Shown here in pieces: positions 12,638 to 19,917 of a DNA stretch of 23,637 nt. The position numbers were made by a program, and so were the translations under genes. Origin of the DNA: a virus. The DNA lies in the UHGV virus genome UHGV-1381150. One strand, written 5' to 3'. The notes under the pieces are model-generated. The model did not search any database. It worked only from the letters and a program-made list of their open reading frames with translations, and had not been told where the DNA came from. Position 1 is the stretch's first letter, and every line of letters starts with the position of its first letter.

Positions 12638-13075
12638 TCATCGAAGGCATTGCGTCCTGATGTACTCCTGCAGGTAGTTAACCTGCGCGGTTATCCTGTC
12701 GATTCCACTTCGGAGACGGTAATAATTGAGTTCAGCATCTGCTGTAAGTCTTGGGCTTTCTCCATCGCCCATGCTGCTGGCTCCGGTCTTTGACTTTGCA
12801 CATGAGGCGGCGACTTGCAGCCGCTTACGCCCAGCAGAAACATCATCACGGAGACTTTCGATAGTCGCGTTAGCATCAGCAAGCTCCTTTGTATATCTGG
12901 CGTCGAGTTCTGCTACGTCACGTTGACGCTTCTGCATGTCAGCGATGATGGATGTGGCTTTGTCGCGCTGGGCTTTGTAGGCGATGGCGTTATCACGGTA
13001 ATGATTAACAGCCCATAACAGGCAGACGATGATGCAGATAACCAGAGCGGAGATAATCGCGGTGACTCTGCTCAT
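12638..13075 (-). CDS. Rz: Spanin inner-membrane subunit Rz (i-spanin)
   Basis: 145-aa [34 protein letters not shown]... matches lambda Rz N-terminus as recalled; start overlaps R stop (ATGA). Confidence 0.9.
   Translation of the reverse strand: MSRVTAIISALVICIIVCLLWAVNHYRDNAIAYKAQRDKATSIIADMQKRQRDVAELDARYTKELADANATIESLRDDVSAGRKRLQVAASCAKSKTGASSMGDGESPRLTADAELNYYRLRSGIDRITAQVNYLQEYIRTQCLR
12691..12876 (-). CDS. Rz1: Spanin outer-membrane lipoprotein Rz1 (o-spanin), embedded in the +1 frame of Rz
   Basis: Nested ORF with signal peptide and lipobox LLGVSGC followed by a proline-rich segment; ATG at 12876. Confidence 0.8.
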   Translation of the reverse strand: MLTRLSKVSVMMFLLGVSGCKSPPHVQSQRPEPAAWAMEKAQDLQQMLNSIITVSEVESTG

Positions 13076-13548
13076 GCCTCAATCTCTCTGACCGTTCCGC
13101 CTGCTTCTTTGAATTTTGAAATCAGACTGTCAGCCTTATGCTCGAACTGACCATAACCAGCGCCCGGCAATGAAGCCCAGATATTGCTGCAACGGTCGAT
13201 TGCCTGACGAATATCACCGCGGTCAATCATCGGTAAAGCGCCACGCTCTTTAATCTGTTGCAATGCCACAGCGTCCTGGCTTTTCGGAGAGAAGTCTTTC
13301 AGGCCAAGCTGCTTACGATAGGCATCCCACCAACGGGAAAGAAGCTGGTAACGTCCGGCTGCTGTTGATTTGAGTTTTGGGTTTAGCGTGACAAGTTTGC
13401 GAGGGTGATCGGAGTAATCAGTAAACAGTTCACCACCGACAATAACATCATAACCGTGGTTACGTGTCGGTTGTCGCCCGTTATCCGTTCCTTCTGACCA
13501 TGCAACCATATCCAGGAAAGCTTTACGCTGGGAATTTAGTACCTGCAT
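13072..13548 (-). CDS. R: Endolysin R (lambda-type lytic transglycosylase)
   Basis: 158-aa ORF ...[47 protein letters not shown]... matches lambda gpR as recalled; AAGGAG Shine-Dalgarno upstream. Confidence 0.93.
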   Translation of the reverse strand: MQVLNSQRKAFLDMVAWSEGTDNGRQPTRNHGYDVIVGGELFTDYSDHPRKLVTLNPKLKSTAAGRYQLLSRWWDAYRKQLGLKDFSPKSQDAVALQQIKERGALPMIDRGDIRQAIDRCSNIWASLPGAGYGQFEHKADSLISKFKEAGGTVREIEA

Positions 13549-13551
13549 AAA

Positions 13552-13887
13552 TTACTCCTTCGAGCTACCAAACTTGTTACCGATTACTCTCATTGCAGCC
13601 CCACGAATAGCATCGACACCGATCAGCCCCACCCCACCACCAATGGCAACAGAAAGCGATTTAGGCCATCCGACATACTCAAGCGCGGATGCAAAGGTCA
13701 ACGTCAGAGCGCCACATAGCAAAATCTCGAGCGTTTTTCGCTTCCAGCCACCACCACCGCCAAAATAGGCGATGCGCAAACCAGCCATAACAATCGACAT
13801 AATCACTGCGCCCAGCGGCGTATCTCCACGCCACCAGCTCTGAAACAACTCCAGCCAGTCCGGCCAAGTATTTGGGTTATGAGGCAT
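13552..13887 (-). CDS. Holin, class I-like with three predicted transmembrane segments, not lambda S type (start at internal ATG, MPHNPNTWPDW...)
   Basis: Immediately upstream of R; hydrophobic segments LGAVIMSIVMAGLRIAYF, TLEILLCGALTLTFASALEYV, LSVAIGGGVGLIGV; charged C-terminus; start is ambiguous (ORF track begins at 13983). Confidence 0.75.
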   Translation of the reverse strand: MPHNPNTWPDWLELFQSWWRGDTPLGAVIMSIVMAGLRIAYFGGGGGWKRKTLEILLCGALTLTFASALEYVGWPKSLSVAIGGGVGLIGVDAIRGAAMRVIGNKFGSSKE

Positions 13888-13963
13888 TTCGTCATCTCTC
13901 ACCTCGCGATATTTGCGGGTGCTGTGTTGGAAATAAAAAGGCCACGCAACGTGGCCACCAGAA

Positions 13964-15016
13964 TTATTTCCCCACCAGTTCACTTACCTCTTTCACCGTC
14001 TGATTAAATCGCTCTGACTCAAGTTCAACACCTAACGCCCGACGCCCCAGCGCCATTGCCGCTTTTATTGTGGAACCGGATCCCATAAAGAAATCAGCAA
14101 CCAGATCGCCTTGTCGACTACTGGCACTGATTATTTGCCGGAGCATATCCGCAGGCTTCTCACACGGATGTTTACCCGGGTAGAACTGAACGGGTTTATG
14201 CGTCCAGACGTCGGTATAAGGCACGGAAACTGATACGGAGAAATAGCGCCGGAGAGTTTTAAACTCATCCAGCAATTCAGAATATTTGCGATTCAGTGAA
14301 TCATAAGATGCCACCAGCTGGTGGTGTGGTTGTTCCAGTTGTTGTTCCTGAAATTTCTCTGCCGCTATACGGGAAAACAGTGCCTGCAACTTCCGGTAGT
14401 CAGCCTCATTCGGCAACTGCCACTGACTGGCACCAAACCAGTGGGAAACCATATTTTTCTTACCTGTGGCTTCGGCAATTTGTTTTGCCGTTATACCCAG
14501 TTCGGCACGAGCATCCCTGAAATACGATATCAGCGGTGCCATTATGTGCTGTTTGAGTTCCCTTTCTTTTGCCGCATAGCCGTCACTTTTGCCGCGATAT
14601 GGCCCCTGGTAATGTTCAGCAAACAGAACGCGCTCTGTGGCAGGAAAATATGCGCGCAGACTTTCTTTATTACACCCATTCCAACGTCCGGACGGCTTCG
14701 CCCAGATGATATGGTTAAGCACGTTGAAACGTTCACGCATCATGATCTCAATATCAGATGCCAGGCGATGCCCACAGAACAGGTAAAGGCTTCCGGCAGG
14801 TTTCAACACCCGCCAGAACTGGGCCAGACAGTGGTCCAGCCACTTAAGGTAATCTTCGTCCCCTTTCCACTGATTGTCCCAACCGTTGGGTTTCACCTTG
14901 AAGTAAGGCGGATCGGTAACAATCAGGTCAATGGAATCATCAGGCAGGGACTGAATAAAATGCAGGCAATCAGCGTTGATTAAATCAACACTGTTTATTT
15001 TTACAGTATTTTTCAT
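13964..15016 (-). CDS. DNA methyltransferase, beta-class amino-MTase (N6-adenine or N4-cytosine)
   Basis: 350-aa ORF with catalytic motif IV DPPY (IVTDPPYF) near the N-terminus and an AdoMet-binding FxGxG-like motif (DFFMGSGST) near the C-terminus, i.e. the IV-before-I order of beta-class enzymes. Confidence 0.85.
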   Translation of the reverse strand: MKNTVKINSVDLINADCLHFIQSLPDDSIDLIVTDPPYFKVKPNGWDNQWKGDEDYLKWLDHCLAQFWRVLKPAGSLYLFCGHRLASDIEIMMRERFNVLNHIIWAKPSGRWNGCNKESLRAYFPATERVLFAEHYQGPYRGKSDGYAAKERELKQHIMAPLISYFRDARAELGITAKQIAEATGKKNMVSHWFGASQWQLPNEADYRKLQALFSRIAAEKFQEQQLEQPHHQLVASYDSLNRKYSELLDEFKTLRRYFSVSVSVPYTDVWTHKPVQFYPGKHPCEKPADMLRQIISASSRQGDLVADFFMGSGSTIKAAMALGRRALGVELESERFNQTVKEVSELVGK

Positions 15017-15165
15017 GGATCAGTAAGCGTAACTCTGGTAGGCTCACTCTGCTTTTGCGCTAAAGCAGTGGGCCGTGGTTCGCTTGTGACCAGTAAGCAT
15101 GAGCGAATGGCTGGCAGGTGCTACCAACACCCACCAGCCGCCCATTTTCACAAATTAAAAGTCCT

Positions 15166-15360
15166 TCATTGCTGAAGGCGTCTGTAACAGCCGAACTGGT
15201 AATCTGCCAGCCCCGCCATAACCAACTGGGTCAGTATTAACTGACAGCGTTCGCGTGAAAGATATGTGTTTTGTGCAATCTCCCCGACTGTTGCCGGTTC
15301 GATGCTTAATTCATTAAAAACAACTTTCGCCGTTTCTGTCATATCTTGCTGTTTTAGCAT
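15166..15360 (-). CDS. Small winged-helix-like protein (64 aa from MLKQQDMTETAKV...)
   Basis: AGGA Shine-Dalgarno upstream of the ATG at 15360; VGEIAQNTYLSRERCQLILTQLVMAGLA resembles a wHTH recognition region; weak support. Confidence 0.4.
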   Translation of the reverse strand: MLKQQDMTETAKVVFNELSIEPATVGEIAQNTYLSRERCQLILTQLVMAGLADYQFGCYRRLQQ

Positions 15361-15482
15361 GTCTTTTTTCCTTCTGGTTAACATGACATACCAATAACTC
15401 TTGTCTAAAAAGCCAGCAAGATAAAAAGTCAGTATTCACGACCACCAGCGTGTTTACCGTACTGCACCAGGTTTACAGGTAC

Positions 15483-15506
15483 AAAAAAACCCGCTCGACG
15501 GCGGGT
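15483..15506 (-). terminator. Rho-independent terminator for the minus strand (hairpin CCCGCT-CGAC-GGCGGG followed by a 7-T run on the minus strand)
   Basis: Plus strand reads AAAAAAACCCGCTCGACGGCGGGT; GC-rich 5-6 bp stem with a U-tract on the minus-strand side; only TTT on the plus-strand side. Confidence 0.55.
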
Positions 15507-15553
15507 TTAAGTTGTGTGGCGAAGTAACCACTCTTAACACAATACAATACTTT

Positions 15554-15582
15554 TTGCGTACGCGTTATAGTTTTCTTACAAT
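15554..15582 (+). promoter_or_regulatory. Candidate sigma70 promoter of the DUF262/HEPN operon (-35 TTGCGT, 17-bp spacer, -10 TACAAT)
   Basis: Hexamers read directly; followed by AAAGGA RBS (15595-15600) and ATG at 15609; prediction only. Confidence 0.4.
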
Positions 15583-15608
15583 CAACTTTCAATTAAAGGA
15601 ACGAAAAC

Positions 15609-16769
15609 ATGACTACACTCAAAGAACTCAAAGAAGAGCTTGCTCAGATACAAGATGAACACGCTAAGAACAGAAAAAAGGCTGAAATTGCAGCTTTAAC
15701 CGCTTCCGCTGACAATGAAATCAGACTCGCTCAGAGAAACATTGGATACAATGTACGTGAGTGGACCGTTGAAGTCATTATTCAAAAGTATGGTGATAAT
15801 ATTGAAAATGACAAAAACGAGCTTTTTATTCCAGATTATCAACGTGATTACAAGTGGGATACAAAAACAGCCTCTCGCTTTATAGAAAGTATTCTATTAG
15901 ACTTTCCAATACCTTACCTTTACATTGCTGATGTATTTAATGAAGACCCTGAATTAGATGGTAGGGTAGAAATCATTGATGGTTCACAACGGATACGCTC
16001 TATTTATTATTTTTGGAACGATCAATTTGAGTTAAAGGATTTGAAAGAGCTTAAAAGTTTAGAAGGTTTCAAATTTTCAGATCTTTTAGCTAGCCGCCAA
16101 AGAAGATTTTTAAGAGCTTCACTAAGATTTATTGAGTTGAAAGGTGATGTTGAGGAACAACATAGAAGAGATTTATTTGAAAGGATCAACTCAGGTGTTA
16201 AAAGATTAGAAGCGATGGAAGTGAGGCATGGCTCAGATGCTGCTACCTCAATGTTCTATAAAGATGTTGTGACCCCATGCTCAACAAACTCACTTTTTTC
16301 CCAACTAGCTCCATTATCAGACCGGAAACGGTCGAATGGCGATCATCGTGAGTTAGTTTTGAGATTTTTTGCATATTTAAATGATTTAGAAAACTATAAG
16401 GGATTTGTCCGTCCCTTTATTGATAATTATTTAAATGAACAAGCAGCAGCTGTGACTACTCAACAAGATGTTGATAATTTTAAACATGATTTTGAAATGA
16501 TGCTTGCTTTTGTTGCTACCCATTTCCCTATTGGCTTTAAAAAGACCGCAACAAGTAAAACCACCCCACGAGCCAGATACGAAGCCATTGCCGTGGGAAC
16601 TGCACTTGCATTAAAAACTAACCCACAACTCCAGAGTCCAGCCGTACCTGTAGGTGAATGGCTATTTGAAGAGGAATTTGAAACACTTGTTACTGCTGAT
16701 AGTGCAAACAATACCAGCCAGCTAAAAAACAGAATCTTTTACGTTAAAAATAAGTTGTTAGGGATTTAA
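15609..16769 (+). CDS. DUF262/ParB-like (GmrS-type) NTPase-domain protein with an uncharacterised C-terminal half
   Basis: 386 aa; motifs IPDYQRDYKW (aa 74-83) and IIDGSQR (aa 122-128) match the hallmark motifs of DUF262 domains; N-terminal coiled-coil-like segment; AT-rich gene. Confidence 0.8.
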   Translation: MTTLKELKEELAQIQDEHAKNRKKAEIAALTASADNEIRLAQRNIGYNVREWTVEVIIQKYGDNIENDKNELFIPDYQRDYKWDTKTASRFIESILLDFPIPYLYIADVFNEDPELDGRVEIIDGSQRIRSIYYFWNDQFELKDLKELKSLEGFKFSDLLASRQRRFLRASLRFIELKGDVEEQHRRDLFERINSGVKRLEAMEVRHGSDAATSMFYKDVVTPCSTNSLFSQLAPLSDRKRSNGDHRELVLRFFAYLNDLENYKGFVRPFIDNYLNEQAAAVTTQQDVDNFKHDFEMMLAFVATHFPIGFKKTATSKTTPRARYEAIAVGTALALKTNPQLQSPAVPVGEWLFEEEFETLVTADSANNTSQLKNRIFYVKNKLLGI

Positions 16770-16771
16770 AA

Positions 16772-17461
16772 ATGAGTCTAATTGATTTACGAGATGAATA
16801 TGAAGAAAGAGCAAGAGACATTATGGAACTGCTTTCTCTTGCATCATCTATAGAGATTCATACTCAGCAGTTAGATCCGCAAGCGCATCAAGATGAAATA
16901 GAATCTAATATCCTAAGGGTAAATATTTTAAAATCATCCGTTCATATGATGCTATATAATCAAGTTGAAAATACTGCCAGAGGTTGCATCGAGTCAATTT
17001 ATGATCATTTACAAGATAATGAGGTGAATTACGCATCACTCAGGGAGAAGCTTCAAGTAAATATATTACATAGAATTGTTTCAGATAATGAAACAGGGCA
17101 ATCCCTTTATAAAAAGATAGGCACTGACATTTCCAAAAGAATAATTTCAGCCTCATTGAATATTCGTAAAGAATTCAATGGTAATGTTTGCAAGCCTGTA
17201 TTACACAAAATAACGCAGGCTTACGGAATAACTATCGCAAACTCACCTGAATGTAGAAATGGTATTGACTTAGACTTGCTTAAGGATATCAGAAACGAAC
17301 TCGCGCATGGAAGTACTAGCTTCTCTAAAAAGGGGCAAATTGACCCCTTAGAAGAAGTTAAGTCTAGAGCAGAGAGAGTTGATCTATATCTTCGTTTATT
17401 AATAAACTCAACTGAAGATTATATTATCTCTAACGGATATTTATCCCCTCAACATGCCTAA
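16772..17461 (+). CDS. HEPN-like protein (Rx4H motif RNELAH), putative effector partner of the DUF262 protein
   Basis: 229 aa; starts 2 nt after the stop of the upstream gene; predicted all-helical; conserved-looking R-x4-H motif at aa 174-179 (nt 17291-17308). Confidence 0.6.
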   Translation: MSLIDLRDEYEERARDIMELLSLASSIEIHTQQLDPQAHQDEIESNILRVNILKSSVHMMLYNQVENTARGCIESIYDHLQDNEVNYASLREKLQVNILHRIVSDNETGQSLYKKIGTDISKRIISASLNIRKEFNGNVCKPVLHKITQAYGITIANSPECRNGIDLDLLKDIRNELAHGSTSFSKKGQIDPLEEVKSRAERVDLYLRLLINSTEDYIISNGYLSPQHA

Positions 17462-18470
17462 CAAACGTTCTCCCTATTACTTGGCCAATTATAGGGGGAA
17501 CAGCATTACCAATCATCGTTCCTAACTTTTGGAATGAAAAAGGCGTATTTTTTCCAATAAATTTATAATCCATAGGAAAAGATTGTAAAATAGCAGCTTC
17601 ACGCAAAGTTATTGCTCTATTTTGCTCAGGATGTCCGAATCGCCCATTACCATATCCATAACATTGGGTAGTTATTGTAGGACTAGTATCGTCCCAAACC
17701 ATCCGTCCATAAACACTTTTATAGGTAGCACCTGAATGCTTTTTATGGCAATCCGCTCTAATTTCTTCAGGCCAATCATCCCACGTACCACCTGGTAAAG
17801 AGTGCAAGATTCGTTTAAGGTTAATATCCCTTAATTTAGGCGAACGATGCAATGGATCACTTTCGAGTTTCTCCCCTGCACCTATTTTTGGCAACTGACC
17901 AATAGCATCCTTTACTGTAACTTTACGGCTTACTTTTTTTTGATCAAGGCTGATTGGCCCCAATATGGACCCAATTAGAATTAATCTACGTCTATTTTGA
18001 GGCAAGCCATACTCGGAACATTTTACAACGTCGTACCACAGATGATACCCAAGAGTCTTTAATACACTAACAAACTCTTCAAAAACCTTATGATTTCTAA
18101 GTTGAGGAACATTTTCCATAGTCACAAGCTCTGGCATGACATCACTTACAATCCTCTGAAACTCAGATAAAAGACGCCACTTTGTATCATCTTTTCTGCT
18201 ATTTGGATTACGATACTTGGAAAACGGTTGGCAAGGGGCACAGCCTGCAAGTAATCTAATATTTCCTTCCTTGAACATAGCAGACACATCGCTGGATTGC
18301 AGTTCAGTAACTGACTGGTTAATGAACTTCGTTAAGGGATTATTGCTCTCAATAGCGAAACGGCAGGACTCATCAATATCAATGCCATGAGAAACTTCAA
18401 TCCCGGCTTTTTTTAGCCCAAAAGTTAAGCCCCCTGCGCCACAAAAAATGTCTACTGCTTGAATGTTCAC
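17430..18470 (-). CDS. DNA (cytosine-5)-methyltransferase, Dcm-like (GTG start with GGAG Shine-Dalgarno)
   Basis: 346 aa with canonical m5C-MTase motifs in order: I FCGAGG, IV GCAPCQPFS, VI ENV, VIII QNRRR, a variable target-recognition region, and C-terminal GNAV. Confidence 0.9.
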   Translation of the reverse strand: MNIQAVDIFCGAGGLTFGLKKAGIEVSHGIDIDESCRFAIESNNPLTKFINQSVTELQSSDVSAMFKEGNIRLLAGCAPCQPFSKYRNPNSRKDDTKWRLLSEFQRIVSDVMPELVTMENVPQLRNHKVFEEFVSVLKTLGYHLWYDVVKCSEYGLPQNRRRLILIGSILGPISLDQKKVSRKVTVKDAIGQLPKIGAGEKLESDPLHRSPKLRDINLKRILHSLPGGTWDDWPEEIRADCHKKHSGATYKSVYGRMVWDDTSPTITTQCYGYGNGRFGHPEQNRAITLREAAILQSFPMDYKFIGKNTPFSFQKLGTMIGNAVPPIIGQVIGRTFVRHVEGINIR

Positions 18471-18489
18471 AAGATTCTCCGTTACTTTA

Positions 18490-18535
18490 CCCTGGTATTA
18501 TATACACATAAAAGTTGGGAAAGTAGAATGATTTT
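18490..18535 (-). promoter_or_regulatory. Candidate late promoter pR' with presumed Q-utilisation site (-10 TATAAT at 18502..18497 on the minus strand)
   Basis: The 79-bp Q-to-MTase intergenic region contains a perfect TATAAT on the minus strand about 30 nt upstream of the MTase start; the -35 is weak (TACTTT), as is common for activator-dependent promoters. Confidence 0.35.
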
Positions 18536-18549
18536 ACATAGCACTTAAC

Positions 18550-18903
18550 TCATTGTATTAAATAAAAAAATGACAAGCATCCATCAATAAACCCCATAGC
18601 TGTTTGCATATCTTTTCGAACTGTTCCGTCTGAACATTTCCGCTTCTTTGCAATTGTACGGAGCGAAATGCCAACAACAAAGTGAGCAATTATCAGCTCA
18701 TACTCTGCCGGCTTGTATTTACGCAACCTAGCGACACAACCGTCTATTATGATGCCCTCATCATCATCGCACTGAATCCGGGACTTTCTGCCATGAGGTA
18801 AAAGCCGCTTGAAGCCAGCAGCTACCGGTTGCCAGTCCACACCACTGTTTTCTGCAGCAGCCCATGCCCCCCAGCGGTCCAAAACTTCATACATATCACG
18901 CAT
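18550..18903 (-). CDS. Q: Late-gene antiterminator Q (QuuD/Q21-like family)
   Basis: MRDMYEVLDRWGAWAAAENSG...QCDDDEGIIIDGCVARL resembles E. coli DLP12 QuuD as recalled; located directly upstream of the late operon. Confidence 0.8.
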   Translation of the reverse strand: MRDMYEVLDRWGAWAAAENSGVDWQPVAAGFKRLLPHGRKSRIQCDDDEGIIIDGCVARLRKYKPAEYELIIAHFVVGISLRTIAKKRKCSDGTVRKDMQTAMGFIDGCLSFFYLIQ

Positions 18904-18920
18904 CAACTTTCTCCACAAAA

Positions 18921-19916
18921 TCAGGCCAGCACGCCAATTGCCAGCGCACGATCGATAAAACGAAATATCAGCTCCAGCTGGGAGCCATACATCTCTTCAA
19001 ATGCCACGGTATCTGCATGCAGCTCGTCGTGATGCTTTCTGCACAAAGGCAACACAAAGAGGTCATGCGCTTTTGTACCCATTCCACCCTGACCGTGACC
19101 TATCAGGTGGTGGGGATCATCAGCAGGCTTTCCACAACATGCACACGGCTGTGTCTTAACCCAGCGCGTGTACTTTTCATTAACCCAGCGGCGACGTTTT
19201 GGGCGTAACATAAAAGACTCCGGCGACTCCGGATCCACTTTCAGCGCCAGCACCTTTTTCGCCTTATCCTGGATGATGCTGGTAGCAGGAACCGAAGGCA
19301 CAAGGTCACTTTCCCGGGTGACAGACGGCACAACAGGCTTCGGTAATCTCAGTGCCTTACGGGCTGCACTTTCCGGTAAGGCATCCGCCAGGTCATTACG
19401 AATCAGCCACCAGCACAGTTCCGGCATTGTCACAACGTGACTGTCATCAAAACCGAGATCCCGACGCACAACAGACAACACCCAGCGGGCACAGTTATCC
19501 GTTGCCATTGATTCCAGCCGTTCCGTGAACTGATCGCGCAGCTGGTTATCGCAGTGCCAGCACAGACGGATTGCACCCGGAGCGTGTCGCATTGTGGTCA
19601 TGTTCTCGCTGTGCCAGTCGGAATGAGGCCACTGGCAGCCTTTTTCACGAAGTAACCAGCTTTCAAGACATTCCACGCCACCAGCACGACGGATCACTGC
19701 CTCATTGCGGAACACGGCCCAAACGGCAGGATCATCCGCCAGCGGTTGTGACGCCGCGGGAACGGCACCACTGGCGAAAGATGAATAATGCTCCGGCTCA
19801 GGCTCCAGCAGGACACGCCCCTGCATAAACAGGGGCATCAGCTCTGAACCGGGCCTGAACAATACGATCCCCATACGCGGGGCAATTTCAGGGGTCAGTA
19901 GTGCTCTCACGGTCAC
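18921..19916 (-). CDS. DUF968-like protein with C-terminal HNH-like Cys/His cluster
   Basis: 331-aa ORF with CACCGKPADDPHHLIGHGQGGMGTKAHDLFVLPLCRKHHDELH near the C-terminus; typical position upstream of Q; start ambiguous (GTG at 19916 or ATG at 19874). Confidence 0.7.
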   Translation of the reverse strand: MTVRALLTPEIAPRMGIVLFRPGSELMPLFMQGRVLLEPEPEHYSSFASGAVPAASQPLADDPAVWAVFRNEAVIRRAGGVECLESWLLREKGCQWPHSDWHSENMTTMRHAPGAIRLCWHCDNQLRDQFTERLESMATDNCARWVLSVVRRDLGFDDSHVVTMPELCWWLIRNDLADALPESAARKALRLPKPVVPSVTRESDLVPSVPATSIIQDKAKKVLALKVDPESPESFMLRPKRRRWVNEKYTRWVKTQPCACCGKPADDPHHLIGHGQGGMGTKAHDLFVLPLCRKHHDELHADTVAFEEMYGSQLELIFRFIDRALAIGVLA

Positions 19917-19917
19917 C

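Noticed and set aside
14321-14983. 220-aa plus-strand ORF overlapping the N6/N4 methyltransferase gene
   Set aside because: Antisense to a motif-supported MTase gene; low-complexity translation; typical shadow ORF.
15400-18550. Possibility of Shiga toxin (stxAB) or tRNA genes in the Q-to-lysis locus
   Set aside because: No AB5-toxin-like ORFs (A subunit about 315 aa, B about 89 aa with signal peptides) and no tRNA-like cloverleaf sequences noticed; the locus holds MTase and DUF262/HEPN genes instead.
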